Below, in pieces: positions 46,851-64,000 of a stretch of DNA of 64,000 bases. The stretch spans positions 1,612,001 through 1,676,000 of the forward strand of contig JBBPEB010000014.1 of NCBI GenBank assembly GCA_039096225.1, read 5' to 3'. The stretch's first letter is position 1, and each line of letters opens with the position of its first letter. Both the position numbers and the translations under genes were made by a program. The notes under the pieces are model-generated. The model had not been told where the DNA came from. It was given only the letters and a program-made list of their open reading frames with translations, and did not search any database. This stretch comes from Blastocystis sp. Blastoise (Eukaryota > Protista > Bigyra: Opalinata).

Positions 46851-47877
46851 CTGTTAATTTTTAATAGAAAAAGGAAGTTGGTTGCAACAAATAAAAGAAT
46901 AAATATATCTTTATATAACAAAAAAGATAATTCAGCTGAAAAACAAAAAATAGAACAGAATACTCTGAAAAAGAACTGAATTCTGCGCTGAAAAAGAGTC
47001 TCAATAATTTCGATAAGAAATGTATACATATATAAAGCACTCAAAACATTAAGAAAAATATTGTAACAATGAATTATGTAAATAGAATATGAGTGAATAA
47101 TAAAAGAAAAAGAGGATCTGTATTCTTCTATATATTAGATATTGATTCTTATACTTATTATGTGTATACTTGAAGATCATTCTGTGTATTTAAAAGTAAT
47201 ATCCATAATTCAAAATGAAAACATATTGTGATGATACTAAATATATATAGGAACAACTTTAGTAGAAAAATAAATAGGAAAAAACTTAAAATAGGTATTT
47301 CATAACTGAAAAATGATAGTTCATTCTCTAAGTCATAAAAGTATAAAAATCTAGTATATTTCCAAACAGTGCTTGTGTATAATAATCAATATACATCGAA
47401 ATTAGAAGCGACACTTTTGAGAAGATCTCTGTTTTTTTACCTATAAACCAGTGTATAAACTTAAACAACTTTGTCAATTATTTTCATGACTATTTGAATA
47501 CTCTTATAACAGAAATGATGAATAATCAAAAATAATTATAGATATGGCAGAGAAAAAGAGATCAAATTAATTAATTTATTTGATGAAATAAATAATTCTT
47601 TAGAAATCAAGATGAAATCAAGATGAAATAAAGAGTATATTAGGAAAAAAGAAAAAGGGAAATAGAAAAGAATCAAAAAAATGTTTCGATGCTGTTAATC
47701 ACGAAAACTAGTCAGGTATAACTCAAAATTCAAATTTTTGATTTGACCTGGTAAAGATAAGCATTTCATCCATGTATATTTGATAGAATATAATATATAG
47801 AAAGAGTTCTGTATGCTATTTACATATATTTAATAGATAAGATATTCTTTAGAAGTTATCATTACACTCCTGTAGTT

Positions 47878-50239
47878 ATGGAAGATATTAGCGAGAAAGA
47901 TGGATCTAGATCCAAATTGAAATTGTCATTTGTAGGTTTTGAACGTGATCAAAAATTTGTGATTCTTAAAAGCCATTTAGATAAATACAAAAAAAGTAAA
48001 TTGTATTCCATTGTAGACAATAACGATTCATATGATGAAAAGAATGGATGGTATCTTGTAGAAAATCCCCAAAAGTATCTTTACTTAGTGTTTGAAACCA
48101 TAAAAGGACATGAATCGATACTTTCTGAAATTCCTCTTGAAGATCAACTAGAAGTAACAAGAGCTTATTTATCTTGTGGGATTACGATGCCATGGCAAAT
48201 AGATTCTCACTTTAGAATTCTTCGAGAACAAAAGAAAAAAGAAGATGACATTAATGGTTACTTGAAATCTCTTATAAAGACTGTTAATTCAATTGAAGCA
48301 AATGTTCATAATTGTTACAAGCGTATAGAACAACTTGAAGACAACCTTACTGAAGAAACGAAGTCGATAAAGGAAAACATGAAAAATATTTCTGATGAAC
48401 TATATACATCTATTTGCGATACTAGAACAGAAGTTATTGGACGTATTTTGTCTCTTCAAGAAGAAGTCAGAGTTCAATTTAAAGCTCAGAATGATACTCT
48501 TTTGGAGAATCGTCAGAGTATCATTGATTTCCAACAGAGCTCAACGAATAAGATATATGATCTACATCACGTAGCAGATACGAAATTGGATTCTATTCAA
48601 GATGGTATCAATAAGTGTAATCAGAATGTTCAGTCTTCTTTGAAACAGGAATCTGATAATTTCAATAAACTAAAGAAGAATGTAGAGACGATGAAAAACG
48701 ATGTTTGTAAAAATCAGGATTCTTCTTTTGGATCTCTTAAGGATCAGATCACTTCATTTAAGACTCTTTTTGAAAAGAAGCATCGAGACACAATGAATAA
48801 ATCTGACGATATTCATATGAAGATAGGAGATTGCACGAGAATTCTATCGGAGGAACATAAACAGATTGTATCTCTTATTGAAAGTGAAAGTTCAAATCAT
48901 CACAAGGATACCACTGAGTTCCAAGAGAGCTTTATGAGTCGTTGTTCTGTAAGTGACGATATAATGAAAAAAGTACAAAAGAGTGTGAAAACTGTTTATG
49001 TTTCTCAGAATAATTTATTAGATCGTCTTCTAAACGGTCTTACACCTATAATTGATACAACTGAGTTATTAACATTTAATATATTGAATAACATAAATAT
49101 AAATAAACCGTTTTTATATCATATTAACTTTATGGAATCTACTATATTATCATTATATGATCGATTATGGTTAACAACAAAATTCAAACAAGACAAACAA
49201 TGGGTTTTAGCCTATAGGTATTTATTTAAATGTTTTATGTTTTATTGATTTTTATTTTTATATGTAGATTGTTAGTATTATAATTAAATTTTTTTTATAT
49301 ATAAGAAATAATATTGTTGTTTTTTTTCTATTAATATATAGTTATAAAGAAATCATATAATTTAAGTATATACTCTATATAGAGGAACTACTCATTCTTT
49401 TTCTGTAGAGTGTATGAAATCTTTATGTTATCACAAGGAATGTATAATAGTTGTAAAAACTACAGGAAAAGAAGATAATGATGAATATCCAGTTTTTGGA
49501 GGCTATACTTCTGTTGGTTGGGGATCCCCTCATCGATATATTATTAACCCTCCACGAGGTATATATCTGGATATTTTATTATTATTGTATTGTATTGTTT
49601 GTTGCATACTATTATATTATGTTATTATTTGTATTCTATTGTTATTTGTAATCTATTATATTATAACATATTAAGCATATTAAGCATATTAAGCATATTA
49701 AGCATATTATATACTATTATATTATATTATATTATATTATATTATATACTATTATATTATATTATATACTATTATATACTATTCTGTTATATTATATTTA
49801 CATTTAAAATTGAAATGTTGATCATTATATATATAAATATATATATATAGAAGGAATGGGATACTGTATAGATAAAGATGCATTTCTTTTCAGTCTTCAG
49901 AATCCTCACGGTTATTCTAATTCACTATTACCTATTCAAATAAAGAATTGTCATTATGCTTTATTAACAGGTGACCCTCTTGTTCCTATTTCATTTAGTG
50001 GAGGCATCTATATACAAGATATAGATGGTATTATGAATAAGGGATATATTGATTTCTTTAATAAAAATCTTGTATATACTTCTCCTTGTACAGATCTTGG
50101 AAATAGCTTCTTTACCAATACTGCATCTTCTAATGAAAAGAATTCATTTGATATTCTTGAAATTGAAATATATCTCGATACCCAATATTCTGATTTCTTA
50201 AAGAACTCGATTTGCTCTCATGTCTCTATGCCTGTTTAA
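47878..50239 (+). CDS. BTB-like N-terminus + coiled coil + TLDc domain protein, 2 introns
   Basis: WVLAYRGTTHSFS...IIVVKTT...VFGGYTSVGW...IDKDAFLFSLQNPHG...FDILEIEIY is a TLDc signature. The N-terminus resembles a degenerate KCTD-type BTB; the middle is heptad-rich. Confidence 0.82.
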
Positions 50240-51500
50240 ACAAATATATTTTTTTATTTCATATATTTCTTATATACCTTATATAATAATTACTTTATCT
50301 TTATTTTATATATATTTATATACATATATAGTTTTTTTCTAATTATATATATGTTTTTTTTCGTTAACAGAATTCTATATATATTTAAAAAAAATTTCTT
50401 TTTTCGTTTGCATTATTTTTGATTTTAACAATTATATTCAAATAAATCAATTTTCCCTCATTCAAGGATATCAATAATATTTTATTTTCTATTCAATATG
50501 TATAAATAAACAACAAAAAAACATACATTTCTTGTTAATCACAATGTGAAATAACAAATCATATATCAGTATGAAATCAATAAAGTCATATCACCAATCT
50601 GTATATATATTCTAATTAAAAATAATCTTATAAGTCAAATTAACTATAAAAATGACTTTATACTGTAGATAAAAATGATTTAGAGACATCGAATGGCGAG
50701 TGAAGATAACATATATCAACAGTTTATCAGGAAAAATCAAATTCATATCGTTGACCTAAACGAGTTCATTAATTTCAGTTTTTTCAATTTTATTGTTGTC
50801 CTCTTATAATTCTAATCGCATTAAGTTATCTTATTCGTGTATGTGATATAAACATTGTAATATATATTGTGTATCAGTACATAAGAATGAATAATAGAAA
50901 AATGAAGAAATAAATTAATGTATTGTCTCAAAGCGAAGAATGTATTGTGGTTTTTCATTGGGAACAAAGACACCATCACATGGATTATGACAATAATGAT
51001 TGGTGAACCACATTTAAATATTTCAATCAACCATTACTTTGAACAGAAAAATAATCATGGAAAAGCAGTTTAAAAAACAAATAAAGTGCAAGTGTTATCT
51101 TTAGTTTCTCTCAATTTTTCTTTCTACTTAGGAAGTCTTTTATCATTTTTGAAAATTTTTATTTTTTTAAAATTTTTGACTTCAAAAGAATAAATTAAAC
51201 ATTGTACTTGCGATTCATTCCATAAACTATTAATTAATTACGAAAATTTTGATGTTTTTGACTTTTTTTCAACAAGTTTTGTGAAGCTATTTCAAATTTA
51301 TTTACTAGTAATTTCTTCTAATAGCATTGCATTTGAAACAACTATAGAGTTCTATATCATTCTAACAATTCATATTTGAACTATTTATAATATTCATCGC
51401 AACCGCCACAATTTCGTTTTCATATGTATTCCATTTCTATTTATCATGATTCATATAGCTATATATCTAGAAACATCAAATTACTGGTTGAAATTTAAAT

Positions 51501-52932
51501 ATGATCTCTCCTTCTAAGAGTTCCATTCGTATTTCTGTTTCAGATAAAGAAACTTTACTTCCGCGTCATACTGCTGAAAAAGGTATATATCGTAGATTCT
51601 ATTATAACTAAAATAAATCTTTAGAAAAGACAATTTCAAAAGATTACTTTGCTTCTTTATCTACTCCTAAGCGGCTAATGTTATCAACTCCACCTAGAAA
51701 TAGTGTACAAACAGATTTAAAGTCTAGTTTAACAATAAAAACTGAGTCTAAGGTTGATCTTGATAAACCTTTAGATGAAGATACTATAAATAGAATGTTT
51801 TCACCTTATAGACACAAAAGAAGATTGGATAATTATGTTAAATCATGTGATCGTCCAAAACGAAAGTTAGGAACATTAGGTTTGTCGTCATGTATTTCAT
51901 TTTCATTTCAAGGATTAGAAGAAATGCCATTTCCAAGACGTGCTTATGATGATAGTTGTCTACATTCCATATATATGCCACAAAACTTTACTCCATCCTT
52001 AGATATGTATTCATATACACATTCAAATGATGTAGATATGAATCCTTATTCTTTAACTCCAACTCCCTTACCATTTCTATCTACACCTCAACAACATTAT
52101 AATAATGTTGAGAATGATAAAAAATCAAATCTACATACTACTATTGATAATCCTTTATATTCCTATAAACAAAAAACAAGTATACTTATTATCATTTATA
52201 TATGTTTATATTTATGTTTTCTATTATTTATATGATTATATATATATATAGATGTTTTATTAACTCCAGAATATTATCCAATTAAATTGTCGTCACCACA
52301 TTCATCAACAACTATTACTAATATAGGTATATATATATATATATATATTTCAAGGAACTCATTTTAAAACCTTTAAATTATATATATATATATAGAAGTC
52401 CCTATTATTCGTAAAAGAAAGTTATCTTTTACTTCTTATCCTCTAAGTCAACAGATGGAAGATATTCCAGTTCCAAAACTACTTAAAACAACTAATAAAT
52501 CAATTACTATTGTTCCTTCTGTTCTATTACCTCATATTGAACCATCTACATCTGTATATATATAATATTATTTTTATTATAGATTATATATTATGTTTAT
52601 TATATATATTATATATTATATATATTATATAAATTTTATTATATTTATTACGTATTATATAAATTATATAGTATATATATTATATTCATACATTTACACT
52701 ATTATTATTATTACAAACAAACCATCAATAATTTTTTTTTCACATTACTTAATATCTATCTAAATAATATTTCTATATAAAGATATTAAATACTGTATCT
52801 TCTTCTTCTACTTCTGTTTCTCTTGATTCTGTTACTAGTGTGCATACGTTACAAGGAGGATCTATCTTATGTACGGAGAAAGACTCGTCACGAATGGAGA
52901 AATTTCGTCATTTACTGTGTACCAGTTCATGA
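51501..52932 (+). CDS. Ser/Thr/Pro-rich protein of unknown function, 4 introns
   Basis: ATG 51501 plus four GT-AG introns give a continuous frame to TGA 52932. Several S/T-P-x-K/R sites and a RKRKLS basic patch. Confidence 0.7.
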
Positions 52933-53426
52933 AGTTGTTATCTATATATATATATATATGAAGAATAAATTAAACAAAGTAAATTCATTATAATAACAAA
53001 TGTTATAATTTTTATTTTTTACATTATAGAATATATATTTAATTTTTCTTTTTTTCTAAAATTTTCAGTTTTTACGTATTTATAAAAATATTATATATAT
53101 TTGTTGTTGTCTGTTCTTTCTATTTTATGTTTTTTTAAAATTTTTCTAATTTTTATAACAAATTTATAGTATTCATTATACACATGTATACCTTATGAAA
53201 GAGCATTCTTTTGTTTTTTTTTCTTGTTTCGTTTATTATTTTCTATATCTTAAATTATTTTTTGTTTCATCTGATTTAATACTTTTCATTTATGTAATTG
53301 AAAATAATGATACTAGAACAAAACTAAAGTTCGAGTTATATTTAGATATAAAGTAATATGAAAACAAAAATAAATACTGTGAGATAGCAATAACAATAAA
53401 ATAAAAATAATGAATATCTTTATTTT

Positions 53427-55319
53427 TTATTGTTTTTGATTAAGATCTTCTCCTCTTCCATCATAATGATAACCTACACAACAAGGAGCTATATTTAAGA
53501 AATCATTAAAATCTAAAACTTCTTTACTACAACATGTCCAAGATTTGGCACCATCATGGAAATAAGGAGCACCAGAATGATAACTATATAGAAAAATAGG
53601 ATTATTATTATGTAGTTATAGGATCAATATATTGATTATTAAAGAAATTATAATATATGTATATTGATAATTACTTATATTATATATATAATAAATTAAG
53701 AAAAAAAAAAATATATATATATATATAAGATAGATACTGGCAAGAAGTATTCATATTAGTATTTGGATCGTACCATTGTCCACAACCATGATTTAAACAT
53801 AAACATTTACCATCTATATTATGATGGATATTATTATTATTAGCAATAATAAACATAATAAACATAATAATAAACATAATAATAATAAACATAATAATAA
53901 ACATAATAATAAACATAATAATAAACATAATCATAATAATAATAAACATAATAATAATAATAACATATATATACCTTTCATGGGTACAGGTTCTGGTTTT
54001 GTTTGATTAACAAGGGATTTAATAGCAGATGGTGCGTTAGGATTTGATGTATTAAATGAAGAAATAGACTTTATTTCGGCTGATGATTGTTCTATATAAT
54101 ATATATATATATATATAGTACATAATGTGAAAATAAATAATAAATAAATAAATAAAAAAGAAACGAATGTATTTATAAAGTATAATAAGCAATAATAATA
54201 AAAAAATGGATAAATATTATTAATATAATGACTATAATAATTCTAATAATATACGTTGTTGTTCTTGTTGATTGATTTTATTTAAAGCAGCAATAGTAGG
54301 AGAAGGAGCAGTTAATATATCTGGAGAAATAGGATTATGTTTTCCCTTGGTACATCCTTCTATCTTATGGAAACTATCCCAATCATATACACGTCTATAT
54401 ATATATATAAAGGTAATAGTAAAATGTATAAATAATATTTATGAAAGCAATATAATAATGTAATATTCTATAAAAATAATCTATATCAAAAATATATATA
54501 TATAATAATAAATAATAATAGATTATAGTATATATATATATTAATATATATATATATACTTTTCACAGCATGTCCAGCCTTTCTTCGTATCATGGAATAG
54601 TGGGGGTCCCACGTGATGAATACAACAACCTTCAACATTCTCTTCAGGCTTATACCTTTATATATATAATATAATATAATATATTAATAAAATAATAAAA
54701 TATAAAAATAATAAAATATAAAAATAGAATATATATATAAAATGAACAAAAATATATATAATTATAATAATATATACCACTTTAAACATCCATAATTTTT
54801 ACATTGAAGCATACCTTCATGATTTTCTTCTTTTTTAATTTCCCTCTTAGGAGCTTCACCTGTAATATATACATTATATAGTATCCAAAAAAAAAAAAAA
54901 ATTATAATAATAAATATATAAAAAGTAATAAATTACATATATATACCTTTTTCTAATTTAAATGTACCATAATCTTCAACAACTTTTTCTACGATATCGT
55001 CATCAAAGCATTTTTGAGAGCTAACATAAATAATTAAAAAATAAATTTCATGGAATCAAATAGTATTTATTTCTAATAAGTAATAAAATATACCCAACAA
55101 CAAATAATGTATTCTCTGCTGTCAAACCTTCTTCTGGATATTTCTTATTGTATGCTTTTAAAAACATATTCTTCACATCGATAACAGGACCTGCAGACCA
55201 TTTACTATTCAAAGTCAACTTGACTTTCATATTATTATCTTCTGTAGTCTCTTTATATTGTATAAATACCCTAGATTCGTATTCTATGAATCATTTCACA
55301 AATATATTATATACTTCAT
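53427..55319 (-). CDS. Tandem CHORD-domain zinc-binding protein (RAR1/CHORDC1-like, no CS domain), 8 introns
   Basis: CKNYGCLKWY...CCIHHVGPPLFHDTKKGWTCC...YDWDSFHKIEGCTKGKH and CLNHGCGQWY...CHYHSGAPYFHDGAKSWTCC...DFNDFLNIAPCCVGYH. The first exon carries only ATG-AA. Confidence 0.9.
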
Positions 55320-55395
55320 GTCTAAACGAATAGAAATAAATAAAATAAAAAAACGATATTTTGCAAAAAATAATAATTATGTAATTTTCTAATTA

Positions 55396-55410
55396 TTTCG
55401 AGAATGTTCC
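55396..55410. promoter_or_regulatory. Heat-shock element (three alternating nGAAn units)
   Basis: TTC-ga-GAA-tg-TTC at 55397-55409, about 80 nt upstream of the CHORD gene ATG. Confidence 0.6.
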
Positions 55411-55917
55411 ACTAAATTTCAAGGGAATTATTTTTATTTCTAAAAAATACTTATTCTCTCTCTTCTGTTCAATATATATGATTTTTTTCACAATAAAAGT
55501 AATAATACACTTTAAAGAGATCAAGAATTGAAGATACTATATATATATGTGATCTAATTATCTCTAATCTCTTTTAATATATTATTTATTTAAATAAACA
55601 ATCAACAAAAAATGTTGTTGAATTCACAAATTTACTTACCAATTATTTAATCCATCTATCAGTCACGATATATTAAACAAACTGAAAATAGTTGAAAATG
55701 ACTGATTTATTTCTAAAAAAGTGAAATACGAATTTAATTGGATAGAAAGTGAAAAGAGCCAATCAAAATACAATTAGGAAACCGTGGTAATTTACATAAA
55801 TTACTATGAAAAATGAAAAGAATCACAAAACGGAACTACAGTCGATTTCTGGTTGTTTTGTCTACTTTATATTCTTTCTTATCTATATTCTCAATCTATA
55901 TTGATTATACAAATATA

Positions 55918-57118
55918 ATGAACAAGATGCAACAGAACAATAAAAGGGTTGTTGAATGTAAATATGGTGCTAACTGTAAATACGGTGATAAATGTAAATT
56001 CGCTCATACCAAAGGAGGTAAGAAATTTACTCCTCCTACTGAAGTCCCTCATACTAAAAAGGAAAGAAGAGAACTCAATTTAAAGAGAAAGCTTGCTAAA
56101 CCTGGTGGTGAATTGCTTTATACCGTATGTTACTGAAGACATTATTAGTTTTTAAAAAAATTATCATGAATATATGTCTATATATCTATCTATGAAAATA
56201 ATTAATAATGTGATAACTATAGGCTAAACAAATTTGGAATAAATTACGTTTATGTGATATCGATGATCAAGAGAGATTCGATAATGAGGAACGTCTTATG
56301 AAATTATTAACAGGTCACGTTGTTGATTTTGCTTTAAAGCATGATGCGTCTCGTGTTATTCAATGTGCATTAAAATATGGTAATGATGAACAGAGAACTA
56401 TTATTATTAAGGTAAGTTTTGAATAGAGTTTTTTTTATATATATTACTTTTTTGTTGTTGTTTTTTTTAATTGAAATATATATATATTTAAATATATAGG
56501 AGCTTCTTGATCATTTATATGCTTTAGCTATATCAAAACATGGCTGTTTCTTAGTAAAGAGTGTATTAAGATATATGCCTAGTGAAATACGTAAACAAGT
56601 TATTGAAGTATATTATTATTATTCTATTTGTTATTCTATTTGTTATTATTATTATTATTATTCTATTTGTTATTCTATTATTTTATTATTATTATTATAG
56701 TCATTTTATGGTCATATATATCAAATTGGTGTTCATACAATTGGTTCTGTATATTATTATAATTAATATATTTTATATTATATTTCTTATTATATATATA
56801 TATAGCGTGTATTAGAATTTGGTTTTTATTCTATTTGGACTAAAGAAGAATCTGAACTTTTATATCAAGTATATATATATTTATATATAATATATAATAC
56901 GAATAATAATAATAATAATAATTATATATATAGGAATTTTATCATCGTCAATATAATCATGTTAAAGATCCTTCTATACATAATCTTACTGATGTTATTA
57001 AGAAATGCCCTCTTCTTAAGTATATACTAATAATAATAATTATTATAATTATAATTATATATTTTAATAGGAATGAAATTATTGAGAATATGACATTAAC
57101 TTTATCTAAGATGGTATA

Positions 57119-57162
<44 letters not shown>

Positions 57163-57247
57163 TATATATAGGATAATAAAGGTTTATATGATCATTCTTT
57201 TGTTCATTATATATTAAATCAATATTTACAAGTTGCTGATTATAAAG

Positions 57248-57298
<51 letters not shown>

Positions 57299-58196
57299 TT
57301 GATAATAATATATATATATATAGCATGCTAGTTCTCTCTTAGATTCTCTTAGTCTTGCTATTCCTGCTATTATGACTACAGAAATGGGTGCTCATGCTGC
57401 TGTTACTCTTATTGGATATATGAATAATAAGGTATATCTATGGCTATTTATATAGGACTATTGTTATATATATAGTTACAACAATATATATATATCTTTC
57501 TATAATACTACTAATAATACTTTCAATATATAGGAAAAGAAGAAGTTTATAAAGACATTAAAGGATATTATATATAACTGTAGTACTCATATATACAGTT
57601 ATAAAGATATTATTCGTTTATTATGTGTTTTAGATGATACTGTATATATATATATATTATTTAGTTAAAAACTATTTACATGATATATATATATATAGAA
57701 AACTAGTGATAAGAATATATTAAGTGAATTATATCCTCATCTTTTAGATCTTTCTTATTCTCAAGAAGTATATATAATTATAGTTATAATAATAATAATA
57801 ATAATATATATATATAGGGTGCTAAAGTGATTCTTTCAATTCTTGCTCCTGGTATATATCTTCTTCTTCTTATTATCTTTCTTATTATTATTATTAATAC
57901 ATTTTATTATTCTAGAAAATAATAGTTATTTTGATGAAGAAGAAATGAAATTATTTGTTCCTCCTACTGTATATATATATAATAATAATATATATAATAA
58001 TAATTATAATTATTATTATTATAAATAGGTAGAAACTAAGAATGAAGCTGGATCTTCTGAAGTATATATTTATATCTATTTATATATAATTAATAATAAT
58101 AATATATATATATATATAGACTTTAGTATTAACAAAGAAAGATAAAGAAAAACGTATTCAAGAATTACAAACTTATCTTCAACCTCATATTGAGGT

Positions 58197-58230
<34 letters not shown>

Positions 58231-59367
58231 ATATATATAGAGTTGTGTACGTGGTCATATTCCTTCACTTTTATCATCAGTTAATGGTAGTAATATTCTT
58301 ATTGAATGTATATATATATATATAGAATAATAATAATAATAATAATAAATGAATATAAATGAATATATATATATAGATCTTCGTGTATATAAAGATAAGG
58401 AAGTATATAATACTATATCTTCTTATATATCTCTTTCTATGACTAAACCAGATGAAGTCATACCTGAAGATGCTACTGAAGATTCCCACGGGGATAATCA
58501 AGAGACTAATGATAGTAGTGAGAGTGAAAGTGAAGAAGAAGAAAAAGAAGAGAAGAAGATCACTTTTAATGATGAGAAAGAAGAAGAAGAAATGCCTGAT
58601 GAAGAAGAAGATGAAGATAAGGATGCAGATAAAGAAGAAGAAGAAGAAGAAGCTGTAGAAGAAGAAGAAGCTATTGAACCTTATAAATATAAAGATATTT
58701 GGGAAGATAAAAAAGGACGTATTACTCTTAAGAGACTTTTAAAGATTGAAGGTATATATATATTATATTTATTATAATTATTATAATTATTATGTTTATA
58801 TGTTATATTATATCTATATAGATGCTAGTGTTTTCTTATCTACATTATATTCTTCTATTAAAGGATCGTATATATATATTATTATTATTATTCTATATAT
58901 ATAATTATAGTACTATTCAATTAATGAAACAATATCCTGCTGCTCTCTTCTTAGTATATATAATATAATATAATAATATATAATATAATATAATAATATA
59001 TAATATAATATAATAATATATAATATATAATATAATATAATAATATATAATATAATAATATATAATATAATAATATATAATATAATATAATAATAATATA
59101 TAGTTAAAACCATTATTAAGTGAGGAAACAATCAAAGGAGATATAGCTTCTGAAATACAAGATAATAATTATACTATTTTAATGACCCTCTTAGACAATA
59201 ATAAATTGAAAGATACTATTCTTCCTCTTCTTCCTGAACAACAAAATAAGGTATATAATTAATATAAAGCATAAAATTATAACTATGATTTTATATATAT
59301 ATAGGTTAAGAGTGTAAAGAGAACTAGTTCTCCTGAAAAGAAAAGTAAGAAATCTAAAAAGAATTAA
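55918..59367 (+). CDS. PUM3: PUM3/Puf6 (Puf-A) nucleolar Pumilio-repeat protein with N-terminal CCCH finger, 20 introns
   Basis: AKQIWNKLR, FALKHDASRVIQCALKYG, QEFY, KEKKKFIKTLK, VLDDT and KKDKEKRIQEL match Puf6/PUM3. Twenty GT-AG introns splice in frame to TAA 59367. Confidence 0.88.
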
Positions 59368-60056
59368 TTCTTTTAAAATTCATATAATTTTTAACTATTA
59401 AACATGTTTAAATATATAACTAAATATATATATTTTTACATTTTTTATACTATTTTTGTCAATTGATGTTCTTGTTTATTAGAAAATATGTTTAGTTTCT
59501 AGCTGCTATTTATTATAAATTTTTCTTTGCTTATGAGTCTTGTAATCATATAAAAAATTTAACAATTTTCATTTTTTTAAATAAGAATTATAAAATAATT
59601 CAGATAAGCTACTCTAACGATCCTAAACCCTATAGAAATCATTTTAAATACACTTTAAAAGTCATATAAATCACCAAGTGAATGTGTAACGAGATTGTTT
59701 TGATTATTAATATTGTATTCAATCTTATGAGCAGGTCATACAAAATACAAAAAAACATATTGCTTTATAATTTAGTCTACCCAATGCTAGGCAAATACTA
59801 AAAAATCTCAAATGATTTTTTTAATCTTGAATAATGACGCATATACTACTAAGAGGATGCGTAATTCGTTTGAGGAACTCATTTAATTTCCGTGTTTTTA
59901 TTTAGATTATCATAGAAAAATAGGAGAATAATCAGAATTCTTGTTATACATCCAAGAAAAGTCAACAAACGATATTTAAATTTTCCCCATGACTCCACCA
60001 CCATCCATTTATACTGTACTCAAAAAGAAAACAGTTTAATTTATATTATTATTTAT

Positions 60057-64000
<3,944 letters not shown>

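Overview
Very AT-rich, gene-dense eukaryotic DNA with spliceosomal introns. By hand-splicing I reconstruct 17 protein-coding genes, two of them cut by the window edges: an Asn/Ser-rich unknown, GluRS, a small DUF4536/DMAC1-like gene missed by the ORF track, class II aldolase, a PH-START-EDR2 protein, mitochondrial bL28, GDT1/TMEM165, a 2383-aa modular surface protein, a DEK+HMG-box protein, TRAPPC2L-like, an intronless secreted protein, a BLTP2/FMP27-like lipid-bridge protein, a BTB-like/TLDc protein, a second unknown, a CHORD protein, PUM3/Puf6 and a second surface protein. Gene content (He_PIG/PA14/F5-8C/HRM surface proteins, TLDc, class II FBA, mitoribosome and complex I assembly genes) suggests a Blastocystis-like stramenopile; this is inference. 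The standard genetic code fits every gene, and every stop seen is genome-encoded. I found no tRNA, rRNA, transposon or CRISPR. The most unusual biology is in the introns. Most run GTATAT...TATAG and are inflated with microsatellites, introns near start codons are compact (38-45 nt), PUM3 has 20 introns, and two introns appear to need non-canonical boundaries (GT-TG in aldolase, TT-AG in GDT1). Each of those two is one base from canonical, so sequencing error has to be excluded first.
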